NCBI GenBank assembly: GCA_964019335.1
Contig: OZ025649.1
Span: 620,001 to 684,000 of the forward strand
Direction: 5' to 3'
DNA: 64,000 bases
From: Diplonema japonicum
Lineage: Eukaryota; Protista; Euglenozoa: Diplonemea
Made by a program: the position numbers and the translations under genes. The notes beneath the pieces were generated by a model, which was not told the DNA's origin, did no database searches, and saw nothing but the letters and a program-made list of their open reading frames with translations. Of this stretch, positions 1 through 12,754 are shown one piece after another. Within the stretch, counting starts at the first letter, position 1. Each line of letters begins with the position of its first letter.

Positions 1-1
1 C

Positions 2-3000
2 GTGCAATCCGTGGCTGCAACAGCAAATGCGTTTGCTGCACTTAAGAATGATGGTACTGTCGTAGCGTGGGGCACTGCTGCTGGTGGAGGCGATGCGTCT
101 GCTGTTGCACAGCAGCTCAGGAATGTCAAGACCTTGTTCACCACAGAAGGGGCTTTCGCTGCATTGACGTTCGATAACCGTGTGGTGACGTGGGGAGGAC
201 CCGGTGGGGACTCCGCTCAGGTACAGCCCCTTACGAACGTGAACGCTATTTACAGCACTGACTCTGCCTTTGCTGCCGTGAGAAACGATGGAACTGTCTC
301 TGCTTGGGGATCCCCTGGTTATGGGGGCAGTATCCCAGCCAGCACTGCTCCGCTCTTGGTGGGCGTTACGTCCATTGTAGGTACATCACGGGCATTTGCT
401 GCATCGCGATCGGATGGTGTGGTCGTGACGTGGGGGGATGTGCTTGCGGGAGGCGACCCTGGCATCATCAACACCCAGCTGCTCACACCCATCGGGTCTG
501 CCAGGTCAGTGGCATCAACGAACACAGCATTTGCTGCCTTTAGTTCTGTTCTTCCCTCGAATGGGTGTAACATTCTAACCTGCAACGGGAACCACATTTC
601 GTACAGTCAGACTGGCAGCGTTTGCACGTGTGTCTGCAAGCCAAACTACTCTGGTGCTTTCTGTGACTCATGCGCACCTGGGTATCTCAACTACCCTATT
701 TGTGCAGGAAATGTCATCACCCCGACGCCGTGGTTTTCACCTTCCTATTCTCCGTTGCCACAGACCCCTCTGCCTTCGCAGCTGCCACTGCCCACCCCGC
801 CGCCTACGTCGTGCTTGATATGGACGGACTGCAACGGGCACGCCTCGTCTGTGACGGACAACCCGTTAGGCCCGGGTTGCATCTGCCAGTGTTACAACAA
901 CTACGGGGGTGCTAAGTGCAACACATGTGCCACTGGGTACGTTGACTACCCTGCTTGTGCTCAGGGCATCTGGGTACTCGTCAGCGAAACTCGTGCATGC
1001 TACATGAACAGCGAAGACTCGCAACCCGTGTACGGCTCGACAACGGATCTGCTCCCTTCGCTGTTGGCATGTCAGCAATCGTGTTCAGAGAGGAACTGGT
1101 GTGCTGCTGTGGATTGGTACCGCACCACGCAGGTTTGCAGGATGTACAGCGATTCGTGTGCAGATCCTAAAGACCCGTTTGATGGCGCTTCTCACTGGAG
1201 GCTTGTGTCTCCTTCAGCAGTGACCACACCAGTCCCAACGGATATCCAAACCCCCTCCCCTGCAGGGTGCCCGTGGGTATCGCCCACAGGCAGGCATGAC
1301 GAGTACGACTGTAGTGATGGGACCACCTGCAATCTTGTGATTGAGGGGACCAATTGCTGTTCAAACAGGAGGGGTCGCCTGAGGTGCCCCGACAACCTTC
1401 CAGTGATGTGCTCTGCAGTTGATGCTGACTGTGATAATGACTATTGCTGCGTCACTACGGCACCGGAGTGTGCCTCCAATGGAGGTCCCCGTCCATGCAC
1501 TAACATGGATGTAACTCCATGCGGTTTGAGCAGAGAAGGAGGAGACGGCAAGGTGTGGACGGGCTCCAGCAGCGTTGATGCCCCTCCTCTGACAGGCATC
1601 AGTGGGGTATACGCCAACAGTGCAGCATATGCTGCTGTCACGACAAGCGGTTCTGTCATCACATGGGGTGCGGACTACGCAGGAGGCGACTCAGGGCTTG
1701 TTGCCAATGATCTCCGTTCTGGTGTGGTCAAGGTCTTCAGCACCGACAGGGCGTTTGCTGCATTAACAGACATCGGCCGTGTCATCACGTGGGGTGACAA
1801 TGGTCTGGGGCAGAACTCTGATCCTGTCATGAGCCTCCTCCAAAGGGATGTGAAGACGATCTACTCAACTGACAATGCGTTTGCTGCTTTGAAGCTCAAT
1901 GGCGGTGTTGTTACCTGGGGGCACAAGTACTACGGTGCCGACTCCTCGACAGTCGCTTCACTCCTGGCATCTGGTGTGGAACGTATCTTCTCCACAAATG
2001 AAGCCTTTGCTGCACTCAAGTTAGACGGCTCTGTAGTGACATGGGGTGCACCCCACCAAGGTGGTGGGAATTCGAACAATGTGGGACCTTTGCTTGGCAC
2101 CTCGCCAGGGGTGCGTGCAGTCTATGCCGCTGACTCCGCCTTCGCAGCGTTGCGAAAAGACGGCTCTGTGGTAACATGGGGGTACAACACCCGAGGGGGC
2201 GACAGCTCGACGGTGGCGGCATACCTCCTGAGAGATGTCGTTTCTATCTTTTCAACGGGAATGGCCTTTGCTGCCATCAAATCGAACAGGTCAGTGGTGG
2301 TGTGGGGCGAGGCAGCTGCAGGGGGCGACTCGAGTACGGTGAGCGCTTCGATCAGCAATAGCGTGGAGAAGATATTCAGCACCACCTCGTCATTTGCAGC
2401 TGTACTGTCTAACGGCCGCGTGGTCACATGGGGCGACGACCAGACAGGGGGCAGACCGGGGGTGCAGCAGGCTTCTCTTCTCACGAACGTGCAAACCATT
2501 GCGTCGACTGACAGGGCCTTTGCAGCCTTGCGTGCAGATGGAACAGTGGTACCATGGGGGGACGCAGGTTTTGGGGGTGACGGCACTGGCGTCGATCTGA
2601 CGAACATCAAGGTTGTGTACTCGAACCAAAAGGAGTTTGCGGCTGTGAGGACAAATGGAAAGGTTGTTGTGTGGAGCAGCACTCAAGGCTCTGGCACTAC
2701 AGACTATGTTGATTGCCAAGCTGCTATGAAGGATGTCACTGCTTACAACTACGGACTTGGCGTGCGCAGCGTTGTTTCAACTGCAAACAGTTTTGCGTTC
2801 CTTACTGAGTCACCTGCCACCCCCGCACCGACGAAAACCCCTGAGCCAGCCGCGACACCAACACCAGCAGTCTCTGTTTATCAACCAGTAGCAATCTGGG
2901 GCGACCCCCTTGCTGGTGGGTTGTACGACAAGGCGTCAGAACTTACGTGTGGAACCATTTATTCTACACTCCGTGCTTTTGCGGCAATCAAAGCCGACGG

Positions 3001-6000
3001 CAGCGTCGTGACGTGGGGCGACCCCGGCTATGGCGGTGACTCGACAACGGTGACACTGCGCCTCCAAGGAGGCATCGATGCCTTATTCTCAACAGACAGG
3101 GCCTTTGCTGCTGTTAGCGAGAACGGGTCTGTTGTTGTGTGGGGTGACCAAGGCTATGGAGGGTTAACTGAGCCCCTTGTGACAGTGAAGCTTATATCAG
3201 GAGTAAAGACCATCTACTCGACCCAGCTGTCGTTTGCTGCTGTGAAGGACGATGGCAGCGTTGTGACGTGGGGCGACCCCTACTACGGGGGTACCTCTAC
3301 TGCTGTGGCACCGTTTCTCGCATCCGGCGTGGTGGGGATCTACAACACCGACCAGGCTTTTGCAGCCCTGAAGCAAGACGGGTCTGTCGTGACTTGGGGT
3401 GCCGGCTTTTCTGGTGCCGACTCCCAGCTGGTTCGGCAGGACCTGCAGTCTGGGGTGCAGTCAATCTACAAGACATACTCTGCCTTCGCAGCACTGAAGA
3501 CAGGTGGCTCTGTGGTTACATGGGGGTATCCCGGCAGGGGCGGTGACTCTACTACTGTAGCCTCGCAGCTGCTTGCAAGCGTTCAAGCAATTGCAAGTAC
3601 GGAGATGGCATTTGCAGCGTTGAAGAAGCAACAGGGCTCTCAGACTGCTGGGACTGTGGTAGTGTGGGGTGACGCCGGGTACGGCGGTGACGCCTCTACA
3701 GTTGCAGGCTTGTTATCATCTGGCGTGCGTGCTGTGTATTCGACTGAACGTGCATTTGCAGCTGTCAAAACAGACGGATCCGTCGTGGCGTGGGGCAACA
3801 CATCGTACGGAGGTTCCCATGCACAAGTGTCGTCGCAGTTGAAGGGTATCGTAGAGATCTATTCAACCGAGCGTGCATTTGCGGCTCTGTTGGACACCGG
3901 GAGAGTGGTGACGTGGGGCGACTCTGGATACGGTGGCACCTGGAGCGCTTCTGCAGCAGGACTCAACGACGTACGTGTGCTGTACTCAACAAACCGAGCT
4001 TTTGCTGCCCTCAAAGGAGATGGATCGGTGAGCTCTTGGGGAAACACCGAGTTTGGTGGCGACGTGGGAGCTACGCAGTCCCTTCTCCTACAAGGGCAAA
4101 AAGCTGTGTACTCAACAGAAGCTGCTTTTGCCGCCTTGGTGCCCTGTGAACTAGGTTCGAAACTGCGCCCTGTGGGTCAAGGCGCGTGCCTAGACTCAAT
4201 GGGAAGGAGGTACGGCGAGTTGAAGAGCGATGTGGACAACAGAGCTGGCTGCTTACAGATATTGCTCCAGTTCAGTCCGCCTGCACGAGGTGCAACGTGG
4301 TGGCCACCTCAGAACGGACTCGGTGGATGCTATGTTGCCGTGGACAATGGCACAACGATCGTAGGGGGGCAGTGGAACGACAGATTTTCATTTGACACAA
4401 CTCCTTCGAACAGTCAGTCAGACCCGCGTGACGCCCGAGGGCAGGTAGCCAGCTCGGATGGGCAACCCGCAATGGAGTGCATTGCCGCAGACGATGTCGC
4501 CTTCGTTCCTACGCCGCCTCCGGGCACCGCAGCCCCTCCTGCACCTCCTACAGCTTCTCCCCCTGTTCAGATCCAGTCGTGGGTCCTTGTAAAGGACGGT
4601 GCTGCATGTGAACGTAACAATGAAGGGATCCAACCCTCGCAGCACAACTTCCCTTTGGCGTCATTAGACAGCTGCAGAAAGAGCTGCGAAATCACCCCAG
4701 GGTGTGTAGCAGTTGACTTCTATGAGACTGGGTGGTGCAACCTGTATGATAGAGCATGCAGTGATCCGCAGGACTTTAAAGAGGGCTCTGAGTCATGGAA
4801 GAGGGTGACCGGGACAGGTCCTGGAATGGCCGTGGTTACCTGGGGAGACTCATCCACGGGGGGCAACAGTGCAACTGTGGCATCGTTGCTGCAGAGCGGC
4901 GTAACTGCTGCCTACGGCAATGATATGGCTTTCGCAGCATTGAAATCAGATGGTACTGTAGTGACGTGGGGGGGTGTGGCTGCAGGCGGAGATTCGACAA
5001 CTGTCGAGTCGGTGCTCAGGCTGGACTCCACTGACAGCATTGTTAGCATAGAGAAGAGCGATACTGCGTTTGCTGTGCTTTCAAAAAGCGGGAAGGTCAC
5101 TGCGTGGGGTAGCAGCTCCACAGGAGGCTCTACGAGCACGGTCAGTAGCTTGATCATGTCAAATGTTGCTGGCTTGTATTCATCTAACCGAGCCTTCGCA
5201 ACAGTAACTCCCACGGGTATCGTGGCTTGGGGTGACGCTCAGGCTGGTGGTGACGCGACGACAGTAGCAAGCCTCGTGACTGGAGTGGACACCGTCCAGT
5301 CCACGTCGGCGGCCTTTGCAGCCCTCACACCGGATGACCGCGTTGTGACGTGGGGCGCCGCCAACAGTGGTGGCGACTCGTCTTCTGTAGCTGTGCAGCT
5401 CTCCATCACTACACGCAAGGTGCGCACCTTGTACTCCAACGACGGTGCCTTTGCCGCCCTTCGTGACGACGGGTCGGTTGTAACCTGGGGCGACGCTGGT
5501 AGTGGAGGTGACATGTCAACAGTGGCCTCTCTTCTCTCGTCTGGCGTTCTGAACATCTACAACACCGACACAGCCTTTACAGCCCTTAAGGCAGACGGTA
5601 GTGTTGTTTCGTGGGGCAATGTAAATGGCGGGGGCGCGGCACCTGTGACTGCAACCAACGTGCGTTTCATCTCGAATACCAAAAGCGCCTTTGCGGCACT
5701 ACAAACAAATGGCAACATTGTGACTTGGGGAGAGATTGCCACTGGCGGAAACAGGACGTCTACCACAGGGGGCGTGCAGCACATTGTAGGGGCTAAGCGC
5801 ACGTTTGCTGCCATTCTGTCAGATGGAAGGGTGGAAGTGTGGGGGGACCCGCAGACTGGTGGTGTCTTGCCTGTACAGCTCACTACAGTGCCCGTTGGCT
5901 TGGTAGCGGCAACGTCAGCAGCGTTCGTTGCCCTGAAGAGCGGAGGTGGCGCAGTTGCATGGGGTGACCAGCTTGCAGGTGGGAATGTCAACCCAGTTGC

Positions 6001-8243
6001 ATCACAGCTGCTCAATGTAGCGTCAGTCAGCTCCACCACCAGGTCATTTGCTGCCTTGGTGCCTACACTTGAAGTTCTCCCCCCAATCCCACCAAGCACG
6101 GGTTTGGATACCTGCGACGAGACGCAGTGGATCGTCTCCCCTACAAAGAGGTGCATCAGCGGGCAGGACGCTGTGGGCTTTAACTGCGATCAAGTTGAAT
6201 CAGGCAGTGTCGTCGACAGGTTCTACTGTGCATACAGACCGTCTGGAAGTGGGTTTGTGTGTGCCAGATGCCCTGTGGTCATTCAGACACCCACACCTGC
6301 CACTACAGCAGCACCTGGAGTCGACACCAGCACCAACGGAGCGTCGCACAAGGTCATTGTGTGTGGGGACCTGACCATCAATGTGGAGAAAAAGGGCACT
6401 TCGGACTTCACGCAAACGATCACGTGCCCGTCGGGGGGGCAGATCGAGATCGAAGCAGCTGTTTGGGGGCGACAAACCTGCGAAGGGTCTTTCTGCATGG
6501 GCAACATCGGAGTGTGCCCCACAGCGGTCCCGTGCACAATGGATGCTTTGCAAATTTTCAAAAATCTGTGCGACGGGAGGAGTGCATGCAACCTGGACAC
6601 AACGGCGCCAGGGCTGATCGACCCGTGCGGTCCGGGAGTACCGAAGTTCCTTGACATTCGGTACACGTGCAATGCTTTTATTTGTGAAAAGGAAAGCACT
6701 GTCGAGTGGGGCAGGTCGACGGGGCAGGTCGCTGACGTGATTCACGAGCTTAACTGCGGTGCTGACTCACAGATCGTCATTGACGCTGCCGTGTTCGGAA
6801 GGACCACCTGCTTTGCTCACGTTTGCTACGCCTCCCCTGGCAGCAATTGTGCCACAACTTCATGCAGCGCCAACGCGACTAGCATCGCCCGCAACACGTG
6901 TGATGGAAAGTCCACTTGCACGCTGCAAGCATCCTCACAGGTCTATGGCGACCCGTGCCCTGGGGAGAACAAGTACCTCGATGTGAAGTACACCTGCCAA
7001 GGAACCGCCAGCACTGACCCTGCACCAGCACATGCCGCCTGCAAGAACATCAACGGTGACTACTATAAAGCATTCAAAAAAGGAGGCGTGACACGGGCAG
7101 AGTGTGTTTCAATGCTGAGGGTGCTGCGTCCGCCTGCAAGGTCGGCTATGTTCGGGAACACTGCCTGCTACATTATGGTAGACAGCAACGTCGTAAGCCT
7201 ACCTGAGGTGGTGTGGGACGCAGCAGGGTCGATGGACCAGCTTAGCGACAAGGAATGCATAAGGATACAACAAGGCTCCGCAATGACACCAGCACCACCC
7301 ACAACACCTGGCACGGGTGCTCCTTCTTCTAATGGAACAGGGTTGTGTGGACAGCTGGCAAAGCCGCTCCGTGTGTGCGTAGACACCACCAACGGGTACT
7401 GGTGCGATGGGAAGTGTTGCTGTGAGGAGCAACGCGAATGGCGCTGCAACCCTGCCACAGGACAATGTGTGTATCAGTTCCAAGGCTCTCCAGACACACC
7501 TCTTCCTGGGGCGGGACCGGGGACCGTAACAGTTTCTCCCCTGCCGGGTGTCACACCCGGAGGACAGTCACCGCCGGCAGGTGGCAGCACATTCCCTCCC
7601 GACCCGACTACGGCAGGTGATAAGGGGACGAGCTCAGATGACTCGGGCATGCCTACTTGGGTCATCATTCTCATTGTCGTGCTTGTGGTGCTGTGCCTGT
7701 GCTGTGCCATCATTGCGTACGCTTGCGGCAGAAGGAACTCCAAGAGACACGCTAGCTCAGATGTCAAGTATGCTTACTTTTGTTTTGATGTTAACACTAC
7801 ACAGGGAGCCCTTGGTGCTTGACTACGCCAACACCAACAAACGTCGCCAGCCGCAACACCAGTACGAAGAAGACACTGGACACGAGATGTATGAAGCACC
7901 TCCTAGGGGGTACGGGGACTTGGACCCCTTCGAGAGAGAGAGGGAAAATGGTGGTGGGTTTTTCTTTGATGATGATGAACAGTCTCCCGATGCAGGGGCG
8001 GGAAGGGGCAACGGTGGTGCTGGAAGGAATTTTAGGCAGGGGAGAGTGCAACACCCACAGACACCTGACATAGATCCTTTTGATGGTCTACCCCCCCCTC
8101 CAGAGCACAGGGCATCTCCTGGTATAGACAGCCCAGGGCCTCCTGTAGGAAATCAGCCAGGAGCTAGCGAGTCACCGAAGAGCTTCAGGGGGCTGGAGAG
8201 GAACTACCCGTCTAGTGCTCCACGATCGAGGTATGACTGGTGA
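2..8243 (+). CDS. Giant type I membrane surface protein, 5' end outside the window: RCC1/BLIP-II-like beta-propeller repeats, laminin/EGF-like, PAN/apple-like and two Gal-binding (SUEL) lectin domains, TM helix, cytoplasmic tail. Exons <2..7767 and 7805..8243
   Basis: ORF 2..7822 has dozens of 'AFAALKxDGSVVTWGxxxxGGDSSxV' repeats and 'CxCKPNYSGAFCDSCAPGY' EGF units. Lectin motifs read 'IxAAVWGR...CDGRSAC...DPC..PKFLDIRYTC', and the TM is 'WVIILIVVLVVLCLCCAIIAYAC'. A 37-nt GTATGC..CAG intron (7768-7804) joins it in frame to ORF 7548..8243 (K-EPLVLDY...). Confidence 0.88.
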
Positions 8244-8958
8244 TACTTTTTTTTTCCACAACAACCATAGGATACAAGACAAGGCAGCAATCGTGGTTTA
8301 ATGATGTCTTCCCCCCTGCTAACACTTGGGGGTTTTTTTATTTTTATTTTTTTTTTTATATTAGTAGTAGGTGTTTACAAAGGAACCGGACCCAGTCTGC
8401 TTTTCCCTCTTCCCCACCCCTCACCTTGTCCCTTCGCAGGACGGGTTAGATTTCGTTGTGTTTCAAAAGAAAAAGGTTTTTTTTTGTTCTCTTATTGTTA
8501 GCCAACATTTTTTGTTTATTCGCCTCCTTCTTTTATTCTCTTCATTGAATTATTTTACCTCTAGTACCACTATGAAAGAAGGAAGAACAATTACGGCAAT
8601 ATGTGTCAAACAGGTATTTAAAAAAAAAAAAAAAGGAAAAAGGAGGAAAGAAAAAAGAAAGAAAAAAAGCAAACAACGCCCATTTGTCTGGGATTGGAAA
8701 CGCTGGGAAAGATAAAAAAAAAGGGAGGGGGAAAGAGGGAGAAGAAAAGAAAATGAAAAAAGACACGATCGAAAAAAAAACCCCCCCTCCTACCCCCCTT
8801 ACGTGGTTACGTTCAGGTTGCTTTTTGTTTTTTTTGTTTTTTTTCTTCTTTCTCCTCCCCCCCCCTCCCCCGCGTAGTTAATAGATATACCATTTTTTTT
8901 TTGTAATAATACAACACGCTACAAAACACACATAAAAAGGGGGAGGGGAAAAAAGAAT

Positions 8959-9699
8959 ATGGAAACCCATACAACCCCAATAGCCCAGAGGAGGAATAAA
9001 GTCCCGGGCTCAGCGAATAGCAGCAAAGCAACTGTAGAGCGGAAGCTTGACGAACTCGTAGGAGAAGTCCAATCTATCAAAGCAGGGTTGGGAGAAGTGA
9101 AGACTCTACCAGCACCGGCGGGTTCGCCTTTAAGGAACAGCAGATGGGTATCATCAATGGAAGGAAGCGTGGGTTACGTACAACCACCGAGGGTTGTGGA
9201 ACTGGTGGTAACAAAGACACCGAAGAAGGACTGCGAGTGTGAAACAGAAAAAGTGGAAGAGTGTGTGGACATAGGCGTAGGGACGGAGGAACAAATGGAC
9301 CATAAGAAAAAGAAGAAGAAACGAGAGGAACGTCAGCATGACGTAGATGAGGAGGGTGAGCCATATGAAGCACCTATCCCCCTCCCACCCCCCCGCAATC
9401 TTACCGCTGACGATATAGATCACACTGTCACTGTCCACATCAAGCCCTCACCAGATGGTTTGCTTGGGTTAGAACTTCGAGAGGCGGATATGTCGCTTAT
9501 AGGCGTCTCGCCTTTTGTTGCCCGGCAGCCTTGTAAGGTAGAAACACTTGTTGGGTGGACCCTCACTCAAGTCAATGGAAACCCTGTGTCATCTGTGGAG
9601 GAGGTTCCCCCTCTCGTCGTCCCAAACCAGACCACCACTGCTAAGTTCCAGCTGAATGATTTGGAATTTGTCCCTCCCGAGCACGACCGACAGGTATAG
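8959..9699 (+). CDS. Hypothetical protein with a C-terminal PDZ-like domain
   Basis: 246-aa ATG ORF with coding composition. 'VHIKPSPDGLLGLEL...GWTLTQVNGNPVSSVEEV' fits the PDZ GLGF-like and VNG pattern. Confidence 0.7.
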   Translation: METHTTPIAQRRNKVPGSANSSKATVERKLDELVGEVQSIKAGLGEVKTLPAPAGSPLRNSRWVSSMEGSVGYVQPPRVVELVVTKTPKKDCECETEKVEECVDIGVGTEEQMDHKKKKKKREERQHDVDEEGEPYEAPIPLPPPRNLTADDIDHTVTVHIKPSPDGLLGLELREADMSLIGVSPFVARQPCKVETLVGWTLTQVNGNPVSSVEEVPPLVVPNQTTTAKFQLNDLEFVPPEHDRQV

Positions 9700-10961
9700 A
9701 TTTTCAAAGAAAAAGAAAAGAAAAAAAACCCCTCACAGCAATGCTGTACTGTGATGTAAGGTGGATTACCAATACAATATATATGAGGCCGTTTGGAAAG
9801 AATGGTCATTATGGTGAATTCTCTTGCCGTTCTTTCAATTGCGATGCTTGTTTTGCCGGTTTTTTTAAAAGAAAAAGCATATTCAAGGGGTTCCTCAAGG
9901 GATTTGGCCTTCTCCAAGAAGAAACCGATATTCTTAATAATTGCCTGCACATGCAGGGCTTTTAACATTGGTTTCTTTTTGGAGCCAAATTTGCATTCTA
10001 TATCCATCTGCTGAGGTTTTTTTTTCTCTTTCTTCCCCACTCATTATTAATTAAAAATTGAAAAGCTTGCTTTTTTTTTTTATGGGGTCCTTCTTGAAGA
10101 GATTCTAGCTCACCCCGTTTTAATAATGAGTCCAAACCGCCCAGAATGTCCCCTTAAGTTTCACAGATATTCATATCTGCGTTACCAGCCGCCTTCTAAA
10201 ATGCATGTTTTTACACCCGTTTTTAGAAATAAAGCAAACAGCGTGCATTGTGACCGCTTTGGTGTGCATGCTTAGACGGCAATTCTGAGCACAAAGTGGT
10301 GTCAGATTACTTTTTTACTTATTTAACGGGGCATGTTCATCAAGAAAAAATAAAATAAAAGTTTCGTACAAGCTAAAAAAGAAGAAGAAGAAAAAAAAAA
10401 GAAAAAGAAAAAGAAAAAGAAGAATGAGGAAAAGAAATGAGAACAGGAAATTCTTTTGGAAAGGCAATACGCTGTGCTGTTTAAAAGAAAAAGAAAAAAC
10501 GGTAACATCCACCCCCCCCCCCCCCCCCCCACGCTGTGTTAATTACAATTTTACATTTCTTGTTTCAATCAGCAAGCAAGCAAACAAACAAAAAAAGAAG
10601 AAACAAAGGGGAGGGGAAGAAGAAAAGAGGGAACCTAAAGTTGTAGTAAAGTTGTAGTATATAACAACTACGGGAAGCAAGAAAGAAAAAGAAAAGGAAG
10701 AGGTTGTTTGTACTTGTTGTATTTGTTGTCCCTTCTTTTTCATCTTTCTTTTTCTTTTCCCCCCCTTCGCTTTTATTCTGTGCATTCTTACCTTTTTTTT
10801 TTTTTTTTTTTTTTTTTTGAGCATAAGTAGATTCCTGTTTTATGCTATTTCAGAATTGTTCCGTTCAATGCGTCGCCCTCTCAGTTTTTATATTTGAAAA
10901 AAAAAGAGGGGTATCGGCAACGTTTTATATTTACTGTTTCGGGAGAATTTAAAAAAGTTAA

Positions 10962-12350
<1,389 letters not shown>

Positions 12351-12754
12351 GCGGGTAGTAGAACCACTGCTTTTTTTAAATCGTTTTCTCTTTTTCTTGC
12401 TAGCTGGTGAACGTGAAAACGTGAACCTTCTAGTTTTTTTCTTCTTTTTTTCCCCACCAAAAGAGGAGAAACCGATAGATGCAGGTAGTGGATGAGAATA
12501 AGGGGTCTCACAAAGACTTTCTTTGACTCGCACATTATTTTATTTTATTTGCAAGAATGAAAACAAAGAAGAACGTAAAACACGGCCTCCTTTTTGCCCC
12601 TCCCTTCCCTGTTGTCCCTTGTAACCACATCATTCCTCACGTGGAGCTTCCCCCTTCACGTGTCCCATTCCCACCCAGTTTATTTTTTTTATATTTTGAT
12701 TGTCTTTCAAGCACTGTGCAGTTCAAAGAAAAACGAAGGGAGGGGGGTATCAAT

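Noticed and set aside
7768-7822. Programmed frameshift or stop read-through to explain adjacent ORFs in different frames
   Set aside because: Every such case is resolved by a canonical short GT-AG intron.
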